Source: an uncultured Chloroflexia bacterium (GTDB lineage Bacteria; Chloroflexota; Chloroflexia; QHBQ01; JADMIH01). Taken from it: DNA of 64,000 nt. Of the stretch, positions 12,162 through 21,917 are shown one piece after another (within the stretch, counting starts at the first letter, position 1; every line of letters begins with the position of its first letter). Made by a program: the position numbers and the translations under genes. The stretch is taken from positions 928,001-992,000 of the forward strand of contig CAWCNY010000003.1 of the NCBI GenBank assembly GCA_963797095.1, in the 5' to 3' direction. The notes beneath the pieces were generated by a model. That model worked only from the letters and a program-made list of their open reading frames with translations, did not search any database and was not told the origin of the DNA.

Positions 12162-13478
12162 ATGTTAAAGCAAAAGCATTCGACCGGGCGCTCTCACGCC
12201 GAGGACGCTCATTCTCACCAACGCAGCCGCGAGCACCCCGCAGCACACCCTGAGAGCCTGATGATGGGCTATGGATACCATCCCGAGTGGTCCGAGGGGG
12301 CGATCAAGTGCCCGATCTTTCAGACGTCTACTTTCGTATTCAGGACGGCCGAGGAAGGGAAGGCGTTCTTCGAGGTGGCCTACGGGCTGCGCAAGAAGGA
12401 GCCGAGGGAGAAGATCGGCCTGATCTACAGTCGCCTCAACAATCCCGACCTGGAGATACTGGAAGACCGCCTTACCGTGTGGGATGGGGCCGAGGCCGCC
12501 GCGGTATTCGGCAGCGGCATGGCCGCAATTACGACTACGCTGCTCACGTTTCTGAATCCGGGCGATGTGATCCTGCATAGCGACCCGGTGTACGGCGGCA
12601 CCGACTATCTTCTCAAACATATATTGCCGAGGTTTGGCGTGAGGTCTATCGGCTTCATGGCCAGCAGAGGCCATGTCGAAGTGCAGGAGATCCTCAACGA
12701 CCCTGAGGTCGCGAGCCGCCTGAGGATGATATACATCGAGACGCCAGCCAACCCGACCAACTCGATGGTGGATATCGAGGCGTGTGCCAGGCTGGCCCAC
12801 CGCCACTCCACCCCGGAACGCGGAGTGCTCACAGCCGTGGACAACACCTTTCTAGGCCCGTTGTGGCAGCACCCGCTAAAGCTGGGGGCGGACCTGGTGC
12901 TCTACTCGGCCACCAAGTATATCGGCGGGCACAGCGACCTGATTGCCGGGGTGTGTCTTGGCTCAAGGGAATTGTTAGGCCAGGTACGGACCATGAGGAC
13001 CATCATGGGCACAGCGTCCGATGCCTGGACCGGGTGGCTCCTCATGCGCAGCCTGGAGACGCTGAAAGTGAGGGTGACCTCGGGGATGAAGAACGCCCGC
13101 ATCGTGGCCGACTTCCTGGCCGACCACCCGAAAGTGGAGCGAGTCTACTATCCTGGGCATCTTCAAGAGGATGACCCTCAGTACTGCATTTACCACAAGC
13201 AGTGCCTGGCACCGGGGGCGATGATCTCCTTCGATATCATCGGCGGCGAGGAGCAGGCGTTCAGGTTTCTCAACGCCCTGCGGCTTATCAAGCTGGCGGT
13301 CAGCCTGGGCGGGACCGAATCGCTGGCGGAGCACCCGGCCAGCATGACTCACGCCGACGTGGACCCGGTGGAGCGGATCAAAATGGGCGTCGGTGAGCAA
13401 CTTGTGCGGCTATCGATAGGCATCGAACACCCCGACGACCTGATAGCCGACCTGGAGCAGGCACTGGAGGCCGTATAG
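12162..13478 (+). CDS. Methionine gamma-lyase / cystathionine gamma-synthase family PLP enzyme
   Basis: PIFQTSTF, YSRLNNP, SGMAAI, ETPANPT, DNTF, SATKYIGGHSD, AVSLGGTESL. ATG at 12162 after AGGAGG. Confidence 0.9.
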   Translation: MLKQKHSTGRSHAEDAHSHQRSREHPAAHPESLMMGYGYHPEWSEGAIKCPIFQTSTFVFRTAEEGKAFFEVAYGLRKKEPREKIGLIYSRLNNPDLEILEDRLTVWDGAEAAAVFGSGMAAITTTLLTFLNPGDVILHSDPVYGGTDYLLKHILPRFGVRSIGFMASRGHVEVQEILNDPEVASRLRMIYIETPANPTNSMVDIEACARLAHRHSTPERGVLTAVDNTFLGPLWQHPLKLGADLVLYSATKYIGGHSDLIAGVCLGSRELLGQVRTMRTIMGTASDAWTGWLLMRSLETLKVRVTSGMKNARIVADFLADHPKVERVYYPGHLQEDDPQYCIYHKQCLAPGAMISFDIIGGEEQAFRFLNALRLIKLAVSLGGTESLAEHPASMTHADVDPVERIKMGVGEQLVRLSIGIEHPDDLIADLEQALEAV

Positions 13479-13528
13479 GCTTCTGTGGAGTATGTGAGCG
13501 ACTGGAGAACAGGCATTGGAGGGGAAAA

Positions 13529-13837
13529 GTGGACGATCAAAAAGACAATGGCATGAGCGAAGACCTTTTCCTGGAGAAGCTCTATCGCGCCTCGGCGGAA
13601 ATGAAGGCGCGGATCTCAGGCACAGGAGTGCGGGGCAGGCCGGGACCGGCAAGGCCGGTGAGGGAAGGCCGCTTCGGCGATTTTGACGCGACAAATACCG
13701 GCGCCGATCTGACGCTCGAATGGGACAGCAACGACCCGGACCTTCACACGTGTGTGGAGGTGGGCGACCAATCGATTCAGGATGAGGCTGCGGCCTCCGA
13801 GTGGGAAGTCGAAGAATCGGGCCTGCCGGTTGCTTGA
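13529..13837 (+). CDS. Small acidic hypothetical protein
   Basis: 102-aa ORF with GGAGGGG upstream, co-oriented with its neighbours; no motif. Confidence 0.45.
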   Translation: MDDQKDNGMSEDLFLEKLYRASAEMKARISGTGVRGRPGPARPVREGRFGDFDATNTGADLTLEWDSNDPDLHTCVEVGDQSIQDEAAASEWEVEESGLPVA

Positions 13838-14149
13838 CCGGTTTCGGCCCTTCGCGACGACGGCTCTATATCAGGAATTGGCGGCGTGCAGTAGAGGACC
13901 TGGGGCGGCCTTGATCCCCTTGGTGGTATGGCCGTTGTAGGGCGATTGGCCGCCTCTCCTGACTTATCTCCTGACTTTATTTGCCCACCCTTGCATGAGG
14001 ACCGGCTCTGAGGTCCTGGCCGAAGGTGGTCAAGGGCGAGCTGTATCCACTTTGGGGATCGGGGGGTGATACTGTATCATATAAGCGCATCCTGCTGAGC
14101 GTACGCTGCTTGGTGGTGAATCGAGGGAGAGAGAGAAGGATGAGCGATC

Positions 14150-15184
14150 GTGCTTGAGCCTGAAACCCAACAGCGTTCTGAGCTGCGCCAGGACCCTACC
14201 ACGCGGAACTGGGTAGTGATCGCACCACGGCGCAGCGAGCGTCCGGACGATTTCAAGCCAAGCCCAGGTCCGAATTCATCTTCTGCATCTACTCCACCGG
14301 TCGCGTCATGCCCGTTCTGTGCAGGCCGGGAGGCCGAGACCCCGCCTGAGATTTTTCGGCTGAGCGACCCTGAGGGCAACTGGCGCGTGCGGGTGGTCCC
14401 GAACAGGTTCCCTATGCTGAGCGAGGATGGCCCCGCCCGGCGGCAAGTGAGCGCGGAAGGCTTCGTTTCGATGCCGGGTGTCGGGCACCATGAGGTTATC
14501 ATCGAGACCCCGGACCACAACGCCGACCTCGCAACTAGCGGCGATGCGATGGTGCGTGGCGTGCTGGAGGCGTACCGCGCTCGCTATCGAACATTGGCGG
14601 CTGACGGCGCGGCGATGATCGTGATTTTCCGCAACCACGGCCAATCGGCCGGTACATCGCTGGCTCACCCGCACTCCCAGATCGTGTCAACACCGGTCGT
14701 GCCGGTGGAGGTGCGGCACCGCTTCGAGGTCGCGCAGCAGCACTATGACGACCTGGGCACCTGCCTCTACCTGGACATCCTGCAGCGCGAACTGAGCGAT
14801 GGGAGGCGGATCGTGCTGGAGACCGAGCACTTCGTCGCCTTCCAGCCGTTCGCTTCGGCCTTCCCGTTCGAGACGTGGCTCATGCCCCGCGGCCAGCAGG
14901 CTTCTTTTGGGAGCACAAGCGACCGCCAGTTGGACGACCTGGCAGGGGCGCTACGGCGGGTGCTTTCGGCCCTGAGGCACGAGCTAAACGATCCCGACTA
15001 CAACTATGTAATTGAGAGCGCGCCGCCCGGTGACGAAGAGGGCGAATATTTCGTGTGGCACCTGCGGATCGCACCCAGGCTTGGCACGCCCGCAGGCTTC
15101 GAGCTAGGCTCCGGGATGCGCGTCAATCCTTACAGGCCGGAAGAGGCCGCGCACGCGCTACGGCAGGCAGACGAGCGGAGCTGA
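14150..15184 (+). CDS. galT: Galactose-1-phosphate uridylyltransferase family protein (HIT superfamily)
   Basis: ELRQDP, RSERP, CPFC, VVPNRFP, GHHEVIIETP, NHG..AGTSLAHPHSQ, HLRIAPR, AGFELGSG. Confidence 0.85.
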   Translation: MLEPETQQRSELRQDPTTRNWVVIAPRRSERPDDFKPSPGPNSSSASTPPVASCPFCAGREAETPPEIFRLSDPEGNWRVRVVPNRFPMLSEDGPARRQVSAEGFVSMPGVGHHEVIIETPDHNADLATSGDAMVRGVLEAYRARYRTLAADGAAMIVIFRNHGQSAGTSLAHPHSQIVSTPVVPVEVRHRFEVAQQHYDDLGTCLYLDILQRELSDGRRIVLETEHFVAFQPFASAFPFETWLMPRGQQASFGSTSDRQLDDLAGALRRVLSALRHELNDPDYNYVIESAPPGDEEGEYFVWHLRIAPRLGTPAGFELGSGMRVNPYRPEEAAHALRQADERS

Positions 15185-15386
15185 CCTGGCTACTTCACGC
15201 ATCCGTACTCGGACGGCAGGCTAGAGAGCCTGCTGATGTAGTCCGGTTTCTCACTGGCTCCTCTGTTTGCCCTACCTTACATTGCAGTATGACCGGGTAT
15301 CATGCGCCTCTTGTACCCTTTTATCACTTCCGTTACTTATTAGTTACTGTTGATTATGCGCCCCCACCTGAGCTATAGTCCCGATT

Positions 15387-15524
15387 ATGTATATTCAACT
15401 CTCCGATGATTACAAGCAGGTTCTTGCAACCCTCAAAGAGCGGATTACCCAGGACCAATACCAGGCACTCAAAGCCGTAAACCGTGAACTCGTCAAGCTC
15501 TACTGGGACATAAGCCGCATGTAG
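15387..15524 (+). pseudogene. Truncated DUF1016/YhcG N-terminal fragment
   Basis: Translates to MYIQLSDDYKQVLATLKERITQDQYQALKAVNRELVKLYWDISRM*, matching the characteristic A..AVN.EL..LYW.IG start of DUF1016 proteins. The rest of the gene is absent. Confidence 0.7.
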
Positions 15525-15789
15525 CCATCACAGCTGGCAACGCTGATGTAAAGGCTTGTGTGGTTGTAGCCTCGGCACCATTAGTAGCATTAGCAATATC
15601 GACACCCGCGTTACTCATGTTCAGAAGTAGCCGGGGTAGGAGCTGGTGGCAATCTCCGGGTAACGCTCGCCACGACGGCGCATTCCACCCTTACTTTCTT
15701 CGATGATAGAAGCATAGGCGATCCAGGAAGCACCGGCAAGGGCTTCCTGGGCCGATCCTGCGGTTATGAGTCCTATTCTGCCCAAAATA

Positions 15790-15824
15790 TGCCTGTTGAC
15801 AACAGGCAAGTTATGCTTTATGCT
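15790..15824 (+). promoter_or_regulatory. Sigma70-type promoter of the ROK gene with a palindrome over the -35
   Basis: TTGACA (15796)-17 nt-TATGCT (15819); TGCCTGTTG-A-CAACAGGCA inverted repeat at 15790-15808. Confidence 0.7.
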
Positions 15825-15875
15825 AGGCTTGCTTCATTCACAGAAATTTCTTTTTGAGAGAGGGCTACAGAACCC

Positions 15876-17081
15876 GTGCAATTACGCTCCGGCAACCGGC
15901 AATTGATCCGGGAGATCAACAAGTCACTGGTGCTGAATATCGTGCGCGACCACGGCCCTGTTTCGCGCACCGATATAGCCCATGCTGCTCACCTGAGCCT
16001 GGCGACGGTGTCGGGGATCACGAACGAGTTGATCGAGCAGGGTTTGATCTACGAGCACGAAGAAGGCACGTCGACGGGGGGCAGGCGTCCGATCATGCTG
16101 GCTCTCAACTCCCATGCCGGGCTGGTGGCGGGAGCCAAGCTCACCGAAGCCCAGGTGATCGTGGCCCTCACCGACCTGAACGCCGACGTTGTCGAGCGGC
16201 GTATGGTGCCACTAGGCGACGACAAAAGCCCTGACGCGGTAGTGTCGGTGCTGGCTACCGCCCTCGCCGAGCTTCGAGAAGCCCACCCCAACAGGCCGGT
16301 GCTTGGCATAGGCGTGGGGATGGCGGGCGGGATAGACCGCCGTTCGGGGGAGTGCCGCTTCTCTCCGTTCCTGGGCTGGCGTGACGTGCCCCTGCGCCAG
16401 TTGCTCGAAAGACGCCTCGGCCTGCCGGTGGTGATAGAGAACGACGTCAATACCCTCACGATGGCCGAAAAGTGGTTCGGATCGGGGGTTGGCGTCACCG
16501 ATTTCCTTGTGGTTACCATGGGGCGTGGTATCGGTATGGGCATGGTGCTCAACGGCCAATTGTACAGGGGTGGGTGCGGCGGAGGCGGCGAGTTCGGCCA
16601 TATAACGGTAGCGCCCGATGGGCCACAGTGCGATTGCGGCAAGAGGGGCTGCCTGGAAGCGTTCGTGTCGGACCCGGCCCTGCTCAAGCGTATGTGGGCC
16701 GCCATAGGCCAATCGCTCACTATGGAGGAGGCGGTCACGCTGGCACGCCAGGGCGACGCGACGGCTCACGGCATCTTCTCGGCGGCGGGCCGCACGCTTG
16801 GCACAGCCATCGCCGACCTGATCAATATCTTCAACCCTCCGCTGCTGGTGGTCGGCGGTGAAGGGGCCAGGGCGCTCGACCTCATGCTCGAACCGCTCCA
16901 GGAATCGTTGCGGGCCAACTGCTTCGATGGCTTCTTCAACGACCTGCGCCTGGTGGTGGAGCCGTGGGGCGATGACGCCTGGGCGCGAGGCGCGGCCAGC
17001 CTTATGCTGGAAGAGCTATTCCGCCCAACGCTGTACCACGGCGATGAAGCTCGCGCTTCGCTGATCCTTCCTTACGACTGA
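15876..17081 (+). CDS. ROK-family transcriptional repressor (XylR/NagC-like)
   Basis: N-terminal HTH (SRTDIA..LSLATVS), GGRRP, ENDVN, GIGMG, GEFGH, CDCGKRGCLE. Confidence 0.93.
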   Translation: MQLRSGNRQLIREINKSLVLNIVRDHGPVSRTDIAHAAHLSLATVSGITNELIEQGLIYEHEEGTSTGGRRPIMLALNSHAGLVAGAKLTEAQVIVALTDLNADVVERRMVPLGDDKSPDAVVSVLATALAELREAHPNRPVLGIGVGMAGGIDRRSGECRFSPFLGWRDVPLRQLLERRLGLPVVIENDVNTLTMAEKWFGSGVGVTDFLVVTMGRGIGMGMVLNGQLYRGGCGGGGEFGHITVAPDGPQCDCGKRGCLEAFVSDPALLKRMWAAIGQSLTMEEAVTLARQGDATAHGIFSAAGRTLGTAIADLINIFNPPLLVVGGEGARALDLMLEPLQESLRANCFDGFFNDLRLVVEPWGDDAWARGAASLMLEELFRPTLYHGDEARASLILPYD

Positions 17082-17121
17082 TAGCGGGTCGTACCCATCA
17101 CATTCTCCGGTCTCCGCATGG

Positions 17122-17161
17122 TAGTTTTGTCGCCAAAACTAATTTCATTCATCAAATCAAG
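17122..17161. promoter_or_regulatory. Putative ROK operator upstream of the ABC operon
   Basis: TAGTTTTG-TCGC-CAAAACTA perfect inverted repeat followed by an AT-rich tract; resembles XylR-type operators. Confidence 0.55.
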
Positions 17162-17300
17162 TTCAGGAGGAAAAACAACAAGCCTACGAGGCCCGGCTAG
17201 CCAGACTATTTTCCGGTTGTATTACAAAGCCGATCGGTCACATGGTTAGAACGCAGCGACTATCCCCAAGGTTGACAAGTTCTCATGAAAGGATACGAAG

Positions 17301-18731
17301 ATGTTCCGACGAAAATCGCTTGTAGCCCCCACGCTCCTGACGATCCTTGCACTGTCATTGAGCGCTTGCGGTGGCGACACCCCCACGGCCACCCCGGTAG
17401 CCGCGCCTCCCACGGCCACCACGGCTCCGGTCGAGCAGCCCACCGCCACCACGGCTCCGGTCGAGCAGCCCACCGCCACCACGGCGATGGCAGAGCCTAC
17501 CGCCACTATGGCGATGGCGGAACCTACTGCTACCACTGCCTCCTCTTCATCCGGCGATAACCTCTCAGGCACGGTCAATTATTGGACGGCTTACAACACC
17601 GTTTCGCCTGAGATGGATACGCTCAACAAGACGATCATCCCGGCTTTTGAGAAGCTGCACCCGAATGTCACGGTCAATGCGCAGGCGCTACCCTATGACG
17701 ACCTGCGCCAGAAGATCCTGACAAGTATAGCGGGTGGCGAGGCCCCCGACCTGGTGCGCGCCGATATCATCTGGGTGCCCGAGTTCGCCGAACTGGGCGC
17801 GCTGGCGGCTCTCGACACCGAAATGCCCAACTTCTCCGATCTGAAGGATGCCGTATACCCTGGCCCCTTGCAGACCAATTACTATAAAGGGCACTACTAT
17901 GGCCTGCCTCTTGATACCAACACCCGCGTGCTGATCTATAACGAGGACGTTTTCAATGAGGCGGGGATCACCGACGCACCCAAGACCTTCGATGACTTCA
18001 AGGCCGATTGCGACAAGATCAAGGCGCTCGGAAAGGCCGACACTTACTGCTACGCCGAGGGCGGCACGGGTGCGTGGAGCGTGCTCCCATGGATCTGGAG
18101 CGCAGGCGGAGATATAACCGACCCTGAGTTTACGAAGGCCACAGGTTACCTGAACAGCGCGGCTACCGTATCGGCTGTCACTATGCTCAACGATATGCTG
18201 AAGGACGGCACCCTTTCGCCCGGTATCCTGGGCAACGGCATAGCCACCAGCGACGCGATCGGTAAGGGGCAGGCCGGGACGATCCTGGACGGTCCCTGGA
18301 TGCCTCCTATCTTCCAGCAGCAGTATCCCGACCTGAAGTACAAGATGGTGCCGGTGCCCACCGGACCGGGCGGGAGCGTGTCGGTGGTAGGCGGAGAGGA
18401 TATCGTGATGTTGGAGAGCAGCCAGAACAAGGAAGCGGCAGAGGCGTTCATGACCTATGTGTTGACCGAGGACCCGCAGATCGCCCTGGGCAAAGTGGGC
18501 CAGATGCCCGTGCTCAAGAGCCTGAACGGCAATAGCGAGCTACCCGATTACTACTCGGTGTTCCAGACGCAGTTGCTGACGGCCAAGCCGCGCACCCCAA
18601 ACCCCAACTGGCAGAAGATCGACGATGCGATCAACGGCGCGGTGCTCTCCGTGCTCAGGGGTGAGAAAGAGCCTCAGGCCGCCATGGATGAAGCCGCCGC
18701 GACGGTGGACGGCTTGCTGGCGAGCAAGTAG
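17301..18731 (+). CDS. Carbohydrate ABC transporter substrate-binding lipoprotein
   Basis: Lipobox LSAC, PTAT-rich linker, GEAPDL, YGLP, DGPW, SVVGGE. Confidence 0.92.
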   Translation: MFRRKSLVAPTLLTILALSLSACGGDTPTATPVAAPPTATTAPVEQPTATTAPVEQPTATTAMAEPTATMAMAEPTATTASSSSGDNLSGTVNYWTAYNTVSPEMDTLNKTIIPAFEKLHPNVTVNAQALPYDDLRQKILTSIAGGEAPDLVRADIIWVPEFAELGALAALDTEMPNFSDLKDAVYPGPLQTNYYKGHYYGLPLDTNTRVLIYNEDVFNEAGITDAPKTFDDFKADCDKIKALGKADTYCYAEGGTGAWSVLPWIWSAGGDITDPEFTKATGYLNSAATVSAVTMLNDMLKDGTLSPGILGNGIATSDAIGKGQAGTILDGPWMPPIFQQQYPDLKYKMVPVPTGPGGSVSVVGGEDIVMLESSQNKEAAEAFMTYVLTEDPQIALGKVGQMPVLKSLNGNSELPDYYSVFQTQLLTAKPRTPNPNWQKIDDAINGAVLSVLRGEKEPQAAMDEAAATVDGLLASK

Positions 18732-18738
18732 GTTTGAG

Positions 18739-18822
18739 GACGAGTGACGAGTGACGAGTGACGAGTGACGAGTGACGAGTGACGAGTGACGAGTGACGAG
18801 TGACGAGTGACGAGTGACGAGT
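18739..18822. repeat. Perfect heptamer tandem repeat (GACGAGT)12
   Basis: 84 bp counted directly, starting 7 nt after the SBP stop codon. Confidence 0.97.
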
Positions 18823-18880
18823 GAATGTGGGTGGATGGCTGCGAGTAGAATGTAATCAGTCGTTTGCTTTCTAATCCTAA

Positions 18881-18908
18881 CGTCGTTCGTCGTTCGTCCT
18901 TCGTCCCA
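18881..18908. repeat. Heptamer array (CGTCSTT)-like x4, partly complementary to the GACGAGT array
   Basis: CGTCGTT CGTCGTT CGTCCTT CGTCCCA. Confidence 0.8.
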
Positions 18909-18919
18909 CACAACACGCT

Positions 18920-19879
18920 ATGTCTTCGCTTCAATTCCCTACAGTGCCCGGCACGGCTGCAACTAAGGCCCAGGTGGTGCCTGCGCAGGGGGCGACGCTC
19001 CGCTCCCGCATGCGCAAGGCCCTGCCTGCCTACCTCTTCATCCTGCCGGGCATGATCCTCTTCCTGGTGTGGACGGTCTACCCGCTCGCCTATTCGTTCA
19101 TCATGAGTTTCGCCAAGTGGAACCTGATCAAGCCGAGCGAGTATATAGGGCTGGACAACTACACACGAGCCTTCAAGGACCCCATCTTCTGGTCGTCGCT
19201 TGGCAACACCCTCATGTACGTGGTGATCACGGTGCCGGGCCAAATGATACTGGGATTGGGGATCGCCCTGTTGTTGGATGCGCCGTTGCGCGGTCGGGCC
19301 TTCTTCCGCACGATCTACTACATCCCCGTGGTGACATCGTGGGTGGTGGTGTCTCTGTTGTTCAGCTACCTGTACAACGGGCAGGCGGGGCTTATCAACT
19401 GGTTCCTACACGATTTCCTGCGCATCATCCCCAAGGATATCAACTGGCTGGGCGAGCCGCTGATGGCTAACCTTGCCATAGCCAGCCTGGGCATCTACAA
19501 GGGCCTGGGTTGGACGGCGGTGATCTACCTGGCGGGGCTGCAATCGGTGCCAACCGAACTGTACGAGGCCGCCGCCCTGGACGGCGCTACCGCCTGGTCT
19601 CGGCTGCGTTATATAACGCTTCCTCTTATCCGCCAGACCATCCTGTTCCTGTTGGTGATCCTCACTATAGGCGGGTTCCAGGTCTTTATCTCGGTCTATG
19701 TGATGACGGGAGGTAATCCGTTGCACCGCACCGACGTGCTGCTCACTTATATGTACAGCAACGCTTTCGACACGCTCGACCTGGGCTACGGCGCGGCTCT
19801 TTCTTACCTTTTTGCCCTCATGGTGTTTGTTTTGAGCATAATGCAAATACGCTTCTTGCGGCGTCCGGTGCAGTATTGA
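18920..19879 (+). CDS. Carbohydrate ABC transporter permease (MalF/UgpA-like)
   Basis: TM helices, GLDNY, EAA loop ELYEAAALDGA, ITLPL. Confidence 0.93.
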   Translation: MSSLQFPTVPGTAATKAQVVPAQGATLRSRMRKALPAYLFILPGMILFLVWTVYPLAYSFIMSFAKWNLIKPSEYIGLDNYTRAFKDPIFWSSLGNTLMYVVITVPGQMILGLGIALLLDAPLRGRAFFRTIYYIPVVTSWVVVSLLFSYLYNGQAGLINWFLHDFLRIIPKDINWLGEPLMANLAIASLGIYKGLGWTAVIYLAGLQSVPTELYEAAALDGATAWSRLRYITLPLIRQTILFLLVILTIGGFQVFISVYVMTGGNPLHRTDVLLTYMYSNAFDTLDLGYGAALSYLFALMVFVLSIMQIRFLRRPVQY

Positions 19880-19892
19880 TGGGATGGTGGAC

Positions 19893-19930
19893 GGAGGTTC
19901 CAAGTTCCTAGTAGTCGGTAGTCGGTAGTT
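19893..19930. repeat. Composite heptamer element, partial copy
   Basis: GGAGGTT CCAAGTT CCT AGTAGTC GGTAGTC GGTAGTT; uses the same words as the elements at 45210 and 49158. Confidence 0.8.
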
Positions 19931-19958
19931 GGGGACAATTAGAAAGTAGTGGGAATAG

Positions 19959-20792
19959 ATGGTAAATCGATTATCTTTGCGGACTAGCTTAATTTACTAT
20001 TTGCTGCTTGGGTTTGGGGCGGCAGTGATGATGATCCCTTTCATCTACATGGTCAGCACCTCGTTCAAGTCGCAGACTTTCGTGCTTGAACTGCCGCCCC
20101 AATTCATCCCGACCCAGCCCACCACGGCTAACTACACCGAGGCGTTCACCACCGATAAGTTCGGGCAGTACTTCCTCAACAGCCTGATTGTTGCCATCTC
20201 CTCCACGGTTATCAACGTGGTCCTTTCGTCGATGCTTGCTTATGCTTTTGCTCGCTGGGAGTTTCCGGGCAAGCAGTTTTTGTTTTACACGATGTTGGGC
20301 ACAATGATGATCCCTACCCTTGTGCTCATTATTCCGCAGTTCGTGCTGGCGAAGAACCTTCACGTGATCAACAGCCTGTGGGGGTTGGTGCTTGTCTATT
20401 CGGCCGGCACGGCTTTCAATATGTTCCTTCTGAGAGGCTTCTTCGAGGAGTTGCCCCAGGAGCTTATCGACTCGGCGCTCATAGATGGCGCGGGGCCGTT
20501 CGCCACCTTCTGGCGGGTGGCGTTGCCGCTGGCCCGCCCAGCGCTGGCGGCGGTTGCCATCTTCTCGTTCCTGGGGGCCTGGGACGAGTTCACGTGGGCC
20601 AACACCGCCATCTTCGACCCTGATTTACGAACGCTGCCTATCGCCCTCCGCCTGTTCCAGCAGCAGCATGGCACCGAGTGGGGTCTGGTGTTCGCGGCAT
20701 CCATAATCGCGCTGCTGCCGACCGTGATCATCTTCATCATCTTCCAGCGCAACTTCATCAAAGGCGTGATGTCGGGCGCGGTAAAGGGGTAG
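19959..20792 (+). CDS. Carbohydrate ABC transporter permease (MalG/UgpE-like)
   Basis: AYAFAR..FPGK, ELIDSALIDGA, WDEF, FQRNFIKG..GAVKG. Confidence 0.93.
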   Translation: MVNRLSLRTSLIYYLLLGFGAAVMMIPFIYMVSTSFKSQTFVLELPPQFIPTQPTTANYTEAFTTDKFGQYFLNSLIVAISSTVINVVLSSMLAYAFARWEFPGKQFLFYTMLGTMMIPTLVLIIPQFVLAKNLHVINSLWGLVLVYSAGTAFNMFLLRGFFEELPQELIDSALIDGAGPFATFWRVALPLARPALAAVAIFSFLGAWDEFTWANTAIFDPDLRTLPIALRLFQQQHGTEWGLVFAASIIALLPTVIIFIIFQRNFIKGVMSGAVKG

Positions 20793-20793
20793 A

Positions 20794-21915
20794 ATGAACG
20801 ACCTCTTTACACGAAGCATCGAGATCATCAAAGCTAATCAGACACCCGGCGGGGCTTATCTAGCCAGTCCCAACTTCGCCCAGTATCACTACTGCTGGTT
20901 CCGCGATGGGGCCTACACCGCCTACGCGATGGACCTGGCGGGGGAGCACGAAAGCGCCTTCCGCTTCTATGATTGGGCGGCAAACATAATCGCGGGGCGG
21001 GCCTCCCAGGTCGAGCGGGCGGTAGAGGCTGCCTTAGCGGGAAGAGTGCCAGCTCCCGACGATATCCTGCACACCCGGTATACGGTCGAGGGTGGTATGA
21101 GCGATGAGGAGTGGCCTAACTTCCAGCTTGACGGCTTTGGAACGCTTCTATGGGGTATGTCGAGGCACCTGGCCCTCACTGGGCGCTCTCTCGCTAATAC
21201 GCCTACTGGCTGGCGTGATGCCGTGGTGCTGCTGGTGCGCTACCTGGGCGCTCTCTGGACTATGCCCTGCTACGATTGTTGGGAGGAGTTCAGCGACAAG
21301 ATTCACACGTACACCCTGGCCGCCCTCTATGGCGGACTTGAGGCCGCCGACGGAATGTTGAGCGGGTTGGTGCTGGACCCCATGTATGGATCGTCGATCT
21401 CGGCTTATGCTTTCGCCGCCTCCGACTCGGCCATGCTCATCAAGCTGTTCGTGCTGCGCAACTGCGTCGACCAGGGTACGTTGTGCAAGTTTGTCGGGAA
21501 TAACGCTGTTGACGGCAATCTGATCAACGTGTCCACTCCCTACAATTTGCTCGGTCCCCATGACCCGGTTATGGCTGCTACCGCAGATCGGGTCGAAGCT
21601 GAACTACGCCGAGAAGGCGACGGCGTGCACAGATATGGAGAGGATAGCTATTACGGTGGGGGTGAATGGCTTCTCCTCACGGCATACCTGGGCTGGCACT
21701 ATGTAGAGCGCGGGGAGAAAGAGCGCGCGCGGGAATTGCTAAGCTGGATCGAGCGGCAAGCACACGGCGATGGCGCGCTGCCGGAGCAGGTGGCATGCCA
21801 CCTGAACTACCCCGATATGCTGCCGGTGTGGGAAGAGAGATGGGGCAAGATCGCCACCCCCCTCCTGTGGTCCCACGCCGCCTATATCACTCTGTTCGCA
21901 CACTTGCAAGGATAG
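20794..21915 (+). CDS. GH15 glucoamylase/glucodextranase-like exo-alpha-glucosidase (cytoplasmic)
   Basis: YCWFRDG, QLDG, DCWEE, LPEQ, PLLWSHA; no signal peptide. Confidence 0.85.
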   Translation: MNDLFTRSIEIIKANQTPGGAYLASPNFAQYHYCWFRDGAYTAYAMDLAGEHESAFRFYDWAANIIAGRASQVERAVEAALAGRVPAPDDILHTRYTVEGGMSDEEWPNFQLDGFGTLLWGMSRHLALTGRSLANTPTGWRDAVVLLVRYLGALWTMPCYDCWEEFSDKIHTYTLAALYGGLEAADGMLSGLVLDPMYGSSISAYAFAASDSAMLIKLFVLRNCVDQGTLCKFVGNNAVDGNLINVSTPYNLLGPHDPVMAATADRVEAELRREGDGVHRYGEDSYYGGGEWLLLTAYLGWHYVERGEKERARELLSWIERQAHGDGALPEQVACHLNYPDMLPVWEERWGKIATPLLWSHAAYITLFAHLQG

Positions 21916-21917
21916 AG

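Noticed and set aside
17409-17535. 27-30-bp repeats in the SBP gene as part of the mobile repeat family
   Set aside because: Ordinary codon-phase Pro/Thr/Ala lipoprotein linker with no sequence relation to the 7-mer or 25-mer family.
18540-19243. Minus-strand ORFs containing (HSSLVTR)n
   Set aside because: Translations of the GACGAGT array, antisense to real ABC genes.
21666-21917. N-terminal extension of the GH66 ORF
   Set aside because: Overlaps the GH15 gene; ATG 21918 fits operon coupling better.
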